Shown: positions 43,722 to 55,251 of the stretch, one piece after another | Layout of the letters: each line of letters starts with the position of its first letter | Position numbering within the stretch: the first letter of the stretch is position 1 | NCBI GenBank assembly: GCA_012295275.1 | Contig: CM022676.1 | Coordinates: 9,920,001-9,984,000, forward strand | DNA: 64,000 nt | Direction of reading: 5' to 3' | From: Chrysomallon squamiferum | Taxonomy: Eukaryota; Animalia; Mollusca | Notes under the pieces: model-generated | Told to the model about the DNA's origin: nothing | The model's input: only the letters and a program-made list of their open reading frames with translations | Database searches by the model: none | Translations under genes and position numbers: made by a program

Positions 43722-45374
43722 CTGTGGTTTGTGTGTAGCGAGAGATAGAGTATGTGTGTGTATGCAGTCTGTGTGTATGTGTTGATACATAAGTGTACGA
43801 GAATCTGGTTATGTATAATGTGTGTATGTTTATATTTCCATTAAGTTCAGGTGTACTTTGCTTTATTTATGCACATTCATCAATATAAAACATATTAAAA
43901 ATTGTATATCATCATAAGTGTTAGAAACTCTCAATGTCCTAGGTTTGATTTTTAAAAAGCTTATGGTAAGGTAGACATGACAGATACTTTACTGCTAAGC
44001 AGTAAGAATAACCTATGAACCACCTGTAGTGAGTTAAAAAATGTGTAACAACAAAATGTTTTTTTTTTTTCATTTTTTTTTTTTTCATTTTCAATGTTAG
44101 AAACTGAACAAAATGTTTATAATATAATGAACCTTTAATAATAAAGGTGTTTTAGAAAGTATTCATCTATCTTTTTCCTTTCTTTAAAAATAAATAAAAA
44201 AAACAAATAAATAAAATACTACTATTATTATTATTATTATTATTATTGTTATTGTTATTGTTATTGTTATTATTATTATTATTATTATTATTGTTATTGT
44301 TATTGTTATTGTTATTGTTATTGTTATTATTATTATTATTATGTGTGTGTGTGTGGGTGTGTGTGTTGTAGTAAAGAGGAACTGTATAAATTCCATACAT
44401 GTCAGATGCATGTTTGAAAAGAATATTTGGACTAGTAAAGTGTTAGGTAATAAATATTTGACAAAGACAGATAGATGCCTTGTTGGCTTACTTCTAAGCT
44501 CAGTGGATTAACAATTTCATATTCAGATGCTAATATTTGTGGTTGTAATGTTAAACGCTGTTGTTGGAACACTGTAACCTGACTTACCTGTATTTTAACA
44601 CAGGTATTACAGACAGACAAAAAAAAAAAAAAAAAAAATATTAACACAATTTCAAACCAGAACAGCAACATTATAAGTGTATATTCAGCTCAATGGTGTC
44701 TACTGGTAATTAAAAAAAAACACACAAAAAAAAAAAAAAAAAAAAAAAAATCACTGTAGATTTAAAGATTTATTATTATTGTAACCACTTACTGTGACCT
44801 AACTATTTTTACCTGTATATATATATATATATATATATGTATTTTTTTAAATCCAGGTGTGTTTTGTTTGCACCTGAGTGGTATCATGTTTCAGCGTGAA
44901 GGGATTATGACGAAAGGTGATCGTGTTGATCGCCTGTTTTATTGAATAACAGCTTTCAGTACCTGGAATCTTAGAATTTACCTTAATTTGCACGTTTACC
45001 AGATTAAAGAGAAAAACAGTAAATGTATGCAGATGAGAGATAATCCGAGCTTAATCTTTTTTTCCCAATCAAGAAAAATACGGATGAAGATTTGTTGCCT
45101 GTTACCTGCTGTTACTTTCAGTTTATTGTTATTGTTGTATTGTTGTTGTTATTATTATTGTTATTGTTATTGTTATCAATTTTTTGTGCTATTTTTATTA
45201 TTGTTACTGATATTATTATTAGTAGTAGTAGCAGTAGTAGTAATAGTAGTAGTAGTAGTAGTGGTAGTTGTAGTAGTAGTTTAGTAATAGTTGTAGTAAT
45301 AGTAGTAATAGTAGTAGTAGTAGTAGTAATAGTAGAAAAAATAGTAATAGTAGTAGGGTAGTAATAGTGGTAGT

Positions 45375-45606
45375 AACACTAGTTTGACAGTAACAGTAAC
45401 AACAGTTTTCCACTGTAATTATTATTAGTTGTAGTAAGAATAGTAATAGTAATAAGAATAGTAGTAGTAATACTAGTTTGACAGTAACAGTAACAACAAT
45501 TTTCCACTGTTATTATTATTATTAGTAGTAGTAGTAATAGTAATAAGAATAGTAGTAGTAATAGTAATAGTAATACTAGTTTGACAGTAACAACAATTTT
45601 CCACTG
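45375..45606. repeat. Three copies of a ~35-bp cassette embedded in (TAG/TAA)n
   Basis: 'actagtttgacagtaaca..acaa(c/t)..ttttccactg' at ~45378, ~45472 and ~45575. Confidence 0.8.
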
Positions 45607-46067
45607 AGATGAAGGATGTGTGCCCAGTTTTGTAAAAGAAAACTGACTCCATCCTCTTTGTAGGTTACTCTCAGCAGTAAATTATCTTTCTTATGTATCT
45701 TCTCATAGGCTTTAAAAAAAAAATTATCTGAAAGATAAAAACAGAAAACTGTATTTATTTCTTTTATGTGTATGATTCTGTTTCATAAAAAGACAAGCAA
45801 AAAGGTTATGTATAGCCTTAATGTAGTCTTAATATAGTCTTATATAGCCTTAATACAGTCTTAATATAATCTTATATAGCCTTAATATAGTCTTATTTGA
45901 AAACCAAAGAAACTCTGCTGACATGAATTATGGGATATCTAGTTTTTAGATTTTGTAAAGAATGCAAAAAAAAAGATCAACAAATATTTGTATGCTTTCT
46001 TTAAGATTTTTGTATTAATTCACTTTTTACTTTTATTTTTTTTTAATTTTTTCAGTTGAAATGGAAG

Positions 46068-47832
46068 ATGCATACAGATGTCTTTGTCACTTATTTGGAA
46101 ACTGCAGCTCTGCTGATAGGAATTATGGGATACCTCACCATGGCAACGTGTCCTACTGAGTGCCAGTGTAATCAGGAGTTCTACGTGTACTGTCAGAACG
46201 GTGACATCGACGAGGCTCGGCTGAAACAGATAGTGGGCAACATTTCGCGCAGCGCCGTCCTCCTGGACCTTAGCAGCAACAGACTCAAAACAGTGCCAGC
46301 TGGAACCTTCTCAAAACTCTACCGACTGAGGATCCTGAACTTACAGTCGAACAGAATCCACGCAATTTCGAATGGTGCTTTCGGCGGTCTCGTGAATCTC
46401 GTGACGCTGATACTCAGCAACAACAGTCTTCACAGCACTTCGCAGTCTCAGTGGTCCGGACTCCGATCTCTGCAGGAACTTCACCTCACTTCCAATTACA
46501 TAGACATCCTTGAGCCCAAAGCCTTCCTTCGGTTGTCTAACCTGACGCGACTCTATCTCAATCGGAACAACATTGGTGTGATTGAGAACAACACATTTCT
46601 CGGCCTGCGTTCGTTGGAACTGCTGGACCTTTCGCGGAATGTTATTCACGCAATATCCAGTGGGTGCTTCACGGATTTGCAGAAGCTGAGAAGACTGGAG
46701 CTTTCGTATAACGAACTCAGAAGCTTCGACGGTGCAATTTTCCACGGCCTTGTCAGGCTGTATTACCTTCATTTGGATTACAATTATTTGGTGGACATCT
46801 CTAACATTTCCTGGAGTGCTCTTCAAGGATCGGTTAAAAACTCTGACCGCAACTCACAATCAGATCGTGACTTTGCAGCATAATCACTTCTATGGTTTCA
46901 GGAATCTGAGAAAACTGAAACTAGGTCACAATAGAATCTCAGACTTTCCCGGCAGCTCCATGAACGGTCAGTTCTTCGAAGAAGTTTCGCTGACTTCCAA
47001 CGACATCAGACACATCAACCGCGACATGTTCAGCCAGGTGAAGAAGATCGTTAAGCTGGACCTCAGCGGTAACAAAATATCGTCCATGGATACTGGATCG
47101 TTTGACAATTTCAAGGATTCTGTTTTGGTTCTGAACCTCGACAGAAACAGCTTGCAGTCCTTGCATGCAGGAATGTTCCGAGGAATGACTTTTCTAAAAA
47201 TACTAAATCTTGCCAACAACTCAATTCGAAAAATAGACAAAGGATCGTTAAGCGACCTGGTTCAGCTGCAGGAGCTGGCGCTGTCTCGCAACAGACTGAC
47301 AGAAGTCAACCCAGACATGCTGGGCAACCGGTTGCCGAGCACACTCTATTTGAACTGTAACCCACTGGAGAAATTCGTCGGATTCGAGTTCAGTCCTTCG
47401 AGTGGTCCAATCAAAGTGTATATGAACCTGACTGTGAACTTGGAGAGTCCCAACTGGGCAGTGGTTCGGTGGCCCTACCAGCAAGGATCTCAGATCTACT
47501 GGACGCTGAGCGTCAAATGTCTGAGTGGAAAATCCTGTTCACAGGAGCAGAGGAAAGACCAGTATCTACCTCCGTACAAGAAGCAGTGTTTGGTGTCGGG
47601 GTTGTCTCCCTTGTCCAAGTATTACGTGTGTGTGAGGCCCGTGTTTGTCGAGGACGTTACCCAGCAGGTGCACTTAGAGCAGTGCGTGTTTGTTTACACG
47701 GGAACACTTGGAGTGAGTGGAAATACTGTCTCGTCTGTGGTGACAACAACATCTGGGGTGGTGCATTGCGGCAGCACGTTGCTGGTGTCGTTGTTTGTTA
47801 TATTTCACATCCTGTCTGTAGCATATACATGA
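46068..47832 (+). CDS. Cell-surface leucine-rich repeat protein, ~587 aa: signal peptide, LRRNT, ~15 LRRs, FN3-like domain, C-terminal hydrophobic (GPI/TM) tail; one frameshift at ~46820
   Basis: Acceptor ttttcag|46056 and ATG 46068. Hydrophobic leader, then CPTECQC...VYC (LRRNT) and repeated LxxLxLxxNxI units across both ORFs. Removing one base in 'gctcttcaaggat' joins the ORFs. FN3 hallmarks are VVRW and LVSGLSPLSKYYVCV; the end reads STLLVSLFVIFHILSVAYT*. Confidence 0.9.
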
Positions 47833-49508
47833 TACATCGCTTTTCTTAATGCATTTTTGATATATTTTATAGTTACTGATAAAAAAAACATTCCAAGTCA
47901 AAATTGTTCAATATCACTTTTAAATTTCAGTTCACTGTTGCATATATACATGATATCTGTTACTTACATGTAAAATACATTTTTGATACATATTACCTCC
48001 TGCTGTCTTTATAGTTAAAAACTGGTAAAAAAAAAAACATTCCATGTTAAAATTGTTTGAATCACTGTTAAGTTTCACGTTCTAACTGTAACATATACAT
48101 GATATCTGTTACTTAGTTGTAAAATATATTTTTATATACTTTACCTCCAATTTATAGTTAAAAACAGGTAAAAACAAAAACATTAAAAAAAACCTATTAA
48201 AAAGTTTTCTAATGTTATTGTCATATTTCAAATCCTATCTTCTTTGGCATAGAATTAAAAAAAAAAAAAATTGATGTGTTTTACATCATATTGTCACTGC
48301 AGTAAAACATGATATACATTCTCTAAAATTAAAATTAAAGTTTTATCTCAAACTATAGTTAAAAACACAGCAATTACTGTGAAATCCATTCAAGATTTCT
48401 GATTGGACTACCTGTTAAACTTCACACTACTGTCTGTGGTATAATTTATTATATAAGTTGCTTAGTTATAAAAAGTATTAAAGTTTTCTATTATTTTTAT
48501 CTCTATATAATGCTCTATAGTAAAACACATTCCACTAAAGCTTTCCAATGTTAACTTTTACATTTACATTTATACCTGTAATATGACCATGGTACTTTGT
48601 TATAAAATCCATTCTAGTACATTTTACCTCATTCTTTTACTGCTGTAAAAAAATAACTGTTATAAATTGTTTCACAACTGTTGTTATTATTCTTTATATT
48701 AATTATTATGTCTAAGTATAAACATATCTTTTATTTTCTTATAAAATTAAAGCTTTCACGACAATTTAATTTATACTGCAAGCATTTATAATTCTGTCTG
48801 AACATTTTTTCTTGTGCCTTTTTCAGTTTATTCTGAAATAAAATCTGTTACATTTTTTATTTGAAAATTTTTCATAAAATTAAATTCTATGGTAAAAAAA
48901 AAATATTAATAATATTTCATCAATGTTGTCACGTTTGTTTGATATCTAACATGCTGCTGGACAGTTAGCATTGATATTTATCATTCCAATTTTGAATTAT
49001 CACTTTTACACATTTATTTGACATCAAACATATCATTTTCATACTTCATCTCTATCCATATTTACCATATTGCATCGTTAGATATGTTTCATTAATCATT
49101 TATGTCTGTTGCATTTCATTCATCATCTACCTTGTGTTAATATTTCATTTATCGTCTTCGGTTTTGTGTTACAATCATTTTAAAACTGTTTGGTGTGTTG
49201 AGGTACTTATCATCTTATCCTTTCAGATGTATTATAGTCATTTATCCCATACCATACATTATCATCCTACTTTAATACACTCATAAGTGTATGATACCTG
49301 TTGTATTATATATATCTGAAAAAAAGCAGAAATCATGTGACAATCTGATATGGTTTGTAAAAGGAGAAATTAATATATTTTATAAATGGAAAACACTCTT
49401 TTTGTGGAGTATAATCATACAGAATTGTAAATATCAAGTATGGTAACAAAAATGTACCATCATCTGTGAGATTATTTTTTATTAATTAATTTATTTATTT
49501 ACTTATTA

Positions 49509-49558
<50 letters not shown>

Positions 49559-50278
49559 TGTGCTGGGGTGTCATTAAGCAGTCATTCATTCATTTATTAC
49601 TATTACTATTATTTTACCACTACTACCATTACCACCACCACCACTACCACTACCACAATTACTATTATTATTGATATTGTTGTTGTTATTATTATCATTA
49701 TTACTATTACTACTACTACTACTTATTATTTGTTGTTACTGATGGTGGTTGTGGTAGTAGTAGTAGTAGTAATAGTAGTAATGACTAAAGTAACATACTT
49801 AAAAAGACAGATCAGTGACTAAGCAATTCTTTTACACTAATTTAATTAAAAAAAATGAACATTAATCAAAGGGCAGACTACTTGTTTCTGTAAGCTGTAA
49901 GGCAATCTGAGTTACTTACCTTTAGTGGGATATACATTTTTTTTTTTTTTTTTCCATGATCTCAAAATTAAAATTCGTTTGTTACAAATTTTGAACTTTT
50001 TAATTAACAGACAGTTTATATACATATATATTGATAGAATTTTATTTACATAAATAATTTTTTTTTTATATATATATATATATATATATATTGGTATTTT
50101 AATTTTATTTTGATAGTTCAGTGTGGGTAAGGATGGACTTAAACTGCCTGTGATGCCAAACTTTTCATTACATTTATCAGCAATAAATAATTGTTAATAC
50201 TTTATTTTTCATTAATAGGTGGGGGAGTTATTTACAGACTGACACATTTATATTGTTGAAGTTGCTATTATTATTGCA

Positions 50279-50358
<80 letters not shown>

Positions 50359-51128
50359 AGACACCACAACACAGATGATAGCATGATCATGGCAAACCTG
50401 GTGAAAAAGTTGCTGTTTAGAAAAATTGCAGTTTCCATGAAGGTAATGAATCCTTGAATTGAAAATTCAAATTAATTTATTTTTGTAAAAGTTGTGTATA
50501 AAAGAATTTTGTGTACTTTGTGTTTTGTCTTTTATATATGTGTACATATGGGTGTGTATGGCTGGCTATGTGTGGGTGTGTCTGGATGCTAGTTCTGTGT
50601 GTGTCGGTGAGGGTGTGGGTGTGGGTGTGGGTGTGAGACCCACTACATCAATCAAGGCTTAAACTGTACTGCTAGTATCGAATTTTAGCCAACAATAATG
50701 AAGTAATAACAAAATTTCCAATTTTTATAGTTTGCTAAAAACAAATTAGATATATCTATGATCCAGTGATAAAACTTATAGATGTTCATCCTAAGTGTAT
50801 TTTTAACTATGCAGTTATTTTCAGGATCCCTTATTCTCAAAGAAAAAGGCAGAAATGGGGTATGATTAATGATACTTACAGCAGCAACGAATTGTCTAAA
50901 TGTTCCTTCTTGTATACACAAAACTACATTCCATTACCTTTAAGTGGGATAGATGATGTTGAGATTCGATCCAGGAACCTATCAAACATCAGTTTTGCAG
51001 TTAAATCAGTGACCTGTAGCCTATATATTTTATTAATAAGAAGTAAAAATAACTGAGAGAAATGTTTATTTACTCATTCTTAAATATGCAGAGTAAAGAA
51101 AAACACAAAATAATGAGATCTAAAAAGC

Positions 51129-51199
51129 TTTATTTTGTGAAAATATTTTAACCTATGTTAAGCAACAGTTTTGCAAAATCTTCAGTCATCATCACTACT
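51129..51199 (-). other. Terminal 3'-UTR exon of the acidic repeat protein gene, with poly(A) signal
   Basis: Donor AAG|gtaaga at 52108 (22 nt after the stop), acceptor cttcttttttttcag| at 51200 and AATAAA at 51134-51129. Confidence 0.65.
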
Positions 51200-52130
51200 C
51201 TGAAAAAAAAGAAGTAAATAAGTATGTTAATAAGTAAAAATATCTCAAGAGTAAATAAATAACAAGTAAATAAATGAGTAGACAAAAAAAAAAGTAAAAA
51301 AGTAATAAATAAATGGATAATATATAAACTAGAAATTGAGCAAATTATTAAGGGATTAAATAAATAAATAAATAAAATAAGCGAGTTAATAAATAACTCA
51401 ATCAATCGGTCTATAAATAAATACATGTAAAAGAGAATCCATACTTCCTAACCATGTCATGCATTTTATACTGTTCATAAAATATGACCCTATAGCAAAT
51501 TATCTATTATTTTAAAAAACAAATAAGAACTGAATAAAAATACTAAATCGTACTCAACAAGATTTTTTTCAGAACGTATCTCGACATTTCGCATGACGTA
51601 ACTATGCTTGTTGTTTACCACGTGACAAAAATATCACCAACGGTTACGCAATAGTGACGTCACTACAAAGGATTTACTACGCGTGGATTCAAAATGCAAT
51701 TTTAAACTACGATAAAGCTATCCACTATCGAAACATTCTTGTCATACGCATTAGTTCTATTTTAAAGTTTTAAACATGAGATGCATATTAATATATGGAA
51801 CACATATCCAAGCTCTCACTGGATATTCTCGACAGAATCGCTTTTGTCAGTTCCTATTCGATAGTTCCTAATTCCGTAAAGGTATGAGAAAGATGTAATT
51901 GGTTTATACTTCGCAGATACGGAGATGTTTAACCATGTGCCATAACGTTGTTATTTTCTGTTCATTTTTTGGCAGCATTAGAAAATAAAATGTTAAGCGG
52001 GAGATTTAGAAAAACAGAAGACATATGTATATAAATATATAATATAATATGCACAGTCAAGATTATTATTATTAGTAGCAGTAGTAGTAGTAGTAGTAGT
52101 AGTCTTACCTTTAATCCGCAAAAATAAACA

Positions 52131-53517
52131 TTAGCTTATTACGGCCGTACCAGCAGCATTGGAGTCTCCAGTCATTGGTCTGTTGAATCTGCCGAAAAAG
52201 CCGAAACTTGGTCGCCTGAATCCTGCCATAAATGCGTATTTCGGTCTCTGCGGTCTGTACTGACTAAACCGACCAAACGCAGGTCGAAAGGCGAAGGCTG
52301 GCTGGGTTGCTCCTGGTGCTCCTGTTGCTTCTGGAGCCGCTGGAGACTCTGGAAATTCTGGAGCCGCTGGTTGTCCAAACGGATTTGGCCTAACGAAAGG
52401 ATTTGGCCTAACGAATGGATTCGGTCTGACGAATGGATTTGGTCTAGCGAATGGATTTGGTCTAGCGAATGGATTCGGTCTGGCGAATGGATTCGGTCTA
52501 GCGAATGGATTTGGACGTCCGAATGCTGCTGGTTGTCCAAAAGGATTCGGTTGTCCGAATGATCCTGGTGCACCTGGTGGTGGTGGTGGTGGTGGAATAA
52601 TTGATTGCTGTGCTGGATCTGATCCGTCTGGATTTGTTGCATCTGGTAATGATTTGTCCGCGGCAGGATCTTCACTTGGAGGTGTTTCTTCGGAAGGATC
52701 ATCAGCTGCAGGTTCTTGGGCTGCAGGATCGTCACTTGGAGGTGTTTCTTCGGAAGGATCATCAGCTGCAGGTTCTTGGGCTGCAGGATCGTCACTTGGA
52801 GGTGTTTCTTCGGAAGGATCCTCAGCTGCAGGATCGTCACTTGGAGGTGTTTCTTCGGAAGGATCATCAGCTGCAGGATCGTCACTTGGAGGTGTTTCTT
52901 CGGAAGGATCCTCAGCTGCAGGATCGTCACTTGGAGGTGTTTCTTCGGAAGGATCCTCAGCTGCAGGATCGTCACTTGGAGGATTTCTTCGGAAGGTTTC
53001 TTCAGCTGCAGGATCATCACTTGCAGGTTTTCTTCGGGCCTCAGCTGCAGGATCGTCACTTGGAGGTGTTTCTTCGGAAGGATCATCAGCTGCAGGATCG
53101 TCACTTGGAGGTGTTTCTTCGGAAGGATCCTCAGCTGCAGGATCGTCACTTGGAGGTGTTTCTGCGGAAGGATCATCAGCTGCAGGATCGTCACTTGGAG
53201 GTGTTTCTGCGGAAGGATCCTCATTTGCAAGTTCTTGAGCGGCAGGTTCCTCTGAAGGTGGTGGTGGTGGTGGTGGTGGGAGCGCATTCAGAAAGTTACT
53301 TACGATGGGGTTGAGGATGTTTTGTATATTTGGTGGAAGTTTTGCCACATAATCTTTGATAGCCTGAGCAGCGTTCTGCAGTTTTGCCGCCATGTCTGGC
53401 GGAATCTGTTTCGCCATTGCTTGCGCTACATTTGCGAGCCCGTAGCCACGGCGGAAGTAGCCGAGACAAGGGATTGGCGCAAGCGAAAACGAGGCAAAGC
53501 AGCAGGATTTTATTCAT
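52131..53517 (-). CDS. Secreted ~461-aa Pro-rich block protein (protein A): signal peptide, helical domain, acidic 15-aa repeats, RPNPF repeats, Arg/Phe tail; frameshift at ~53474
   Basis: gccATG at 53517. Deleting one base in GCCAATCCC gives MNKILLLCLVFACAIPCLG|YFRRGYGLANVAQA, in frame with the 428-aa ORF MAKQIPPD... TATA box upstream, stop at 52131. Confidence 0.85.
52375..52560 (-). repeat. Coding 18-bp repeat: 8x RPNPF plus one QPNPF
   Basis: Direct translation; third codon positions vary while the peptide stays constant. Confidence 0.9.
52660..53222 (-). repeat. Coding 45-bp repeat (60-bp variants): ~12x (D/E)DPS(E/A)ETPPSDDPAA
   Basis: Direct translation; two units carry an extra QEPAA and two are garbled by compensating indels (~52980-53045). 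Confidence 0.9.
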
Positions 53518-54704
53518 GGCGTGAGTAACCACCTAAGTTAGACAGTCAAACACATTTTTATACAATTCTCAAATTTCGTCATCTGTTTCTCGAACGTAAC
53601 TCAGTACACTTTGCGTTATTTGCACAGTTCTGACGCAAATCCTTTTCTTTTCTGGGTTTTTTTTTTTTTTTTTTTTTTTTCTTTTTACCTTTTGTTCTGT
53701 TGTATCGACATGATAAACTATGAACATCTGTAAATTCAAAAACGTAATAATGATTACAATAATAATAATAATAATAATCATAATAATAATAATATATTAT
53801 TATAATCTTTATAATTGTTTTTATTTCATTGATTTGCCTACACTGCAGATGTTTCAAAATAAATATTTGTTTCTTAAACTAAATTTAAATCACCTACGTA
53901 CTTTTGTACATTTCCTAATTTACTATTTTAGTTTTTTTTATTATTTTTAGGTTTTGTTAATAGCTTGTTATATTATGTCTTATTTAACTGGTATCTGGTA
54001 TAAAAAATAAAAAAAAAAAAAAAATACAAACAAACAAAAAAACAAATAATAAATAAATAAATAAACGACAACCACCACCACGACAATAATAATAACTAAA
54101 GCAATTCGTTACTGTCACATTTTTAATATGACTACTTTATTATTAGTTAAGGTTGTTTTCAATAAAATGACGACATATAATCTTAGCTTATTTACTGTCC
54201 ATAAATTATTTCTTGACAAAACCTACTTAATTAATGAAAAACGTCATAAATATAATTAAAAATATACGAAATGGCGATTCTTATTATTGTTTTTTTAATT
54301 GTTGCTCGTATTTTATGGTAATACTTTATTATTAGCAAAGGTTGTTACACACATCTATGATACACTGTTAAGCCATTAGTGCGAGTTTGAGTAATAAGTA
54401 GGTCATGGTCAACAGATATGTTCCGTCTGTATTGTATTAATTTGTGTTTATTTATAACAGGTAGGAAGCTGATAGGTAAACACAGAATAATAAGGAAACC
54501 ATAAGCAAACAAAGACTGTGTATTTTTTCTTTTATGACGTCATTAATACTGCACCTGACGATTTGTTTACTTTTGCTGCGTGGTGCAGACAAAGAATCAA
54601 GACAAAACCACACATGCAACTGTCGTTACATCGATATTTATTTTAGTTCAACAAACGTATAAATATCTTGCAAAATTAAAGAGGCATCTTACAATACAGA
54701 CGTC
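53518..54704. promoter_or_regulatory. Divergent promoter region with two outward-facing TATA boxes
   Basis: TATAAAAA on minus at 53562-53555, TATAAATA on plus at 54658-54665, CRE TGACGTCA at 54535-54542 and Forkhead-like TGTTTAC at 54564. Confidence 0.7.
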
Positions 54705-54998
54705 ATGTCTCGTTTTCTACTTCTAATTTTGGTTTTGGCGGTCATCACGCCTGCGTATTCGCATTATTACCGCTACCGGTACCGCCATCATCATCACAGG
54801 AATCCATACGCAAAGCAAATAGCTCCGTTTTTCTGCTTCTTGGAAAAACAGGTTCCAGGCATTCTGAATGCACTGTCAAACTTCGGCGCCAATTTGCCCA
54901 GTAATCTGCTGCAGAATCCAGCTTTTCAGGCAATAGTCGCAGCCATATTGCAGGCGCAGCAGACGTCTGGTATTCCTCCGCCAGTACTTGGAAAATAA
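54705..54998 (+). CDS. Small secreted 97-aa protein (protein B) with His/Tyr/Arg-rich mature N-terminus and putative amphipathic helical domain
   Basis: MSRFLLLILVLAVITPAYS signal peptide (A-Y-S cleavage motif) followed by HYYRYRYRHHHHR. GC-richer than the flanks, TATA 40 nt upstream, donor 7 nt after the stop. Confidence 0.85.
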   Translation: MSRFLLLILVLAVITPAYSHYYRYRYRHHHHRNPYAKQIAPFFCFLEKQVPGILNALSNFGANLPSNLLQNPAFQAIVAAILQAQQTSGIPPPVLGK

Positions 54999-55061
54999 AT
55001 AGTACGTAAGTCAGATATTTGGTTATTCTTGAAAGTTCTGAATGTTTTTAAGTTTTAAAAT

Positions 55062-55096
<35 letters not shown>

Positions 55097-55251
55097 TTTT
55101 GCGTGATTAAAATAAATAGTTATAAATTATATTTTGAATACTTTCAAATTAATGTTTATTATTATTTTTTCTTCCATTCTTATTATATTATATTATAATT
55201 ATTTATTTTTATATCTATATATTTTTTTTTTTCAAATAATAAACTATACAA

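Noticed and set aside
42259-45413. Poly-Leu/Thr/Val/Asn/Cys-Val ORFs (also at 15.8, 23.3, 34.0, 38.1 and 49.6 kb)
   Set aside because: Di- and trinucleotide microsatellites.
52140-52560. Protein A as a neuropeptide precursor (RPNPF copies, FGR motifs)
   Set aside because: Repeats lack dibasic sites and amidating Gly, and Arg-Pro bonds resist convertases; only two FGR-F sites remain.
52660-53222. CRISPR-like array
   Set aside because: Contiguous coding tandem units without unique spacers; eukaryotic context with no cas genes.
52172-53314. Long overlapping ORFs in other frames and on the plus strand (371, 237, 194 and 179 aa)
   Set aside because: By-products of a stop-free 45-bp coding repeat; only the acidic frame joins a signal peptide, TATA box and 3'-UTR structure.
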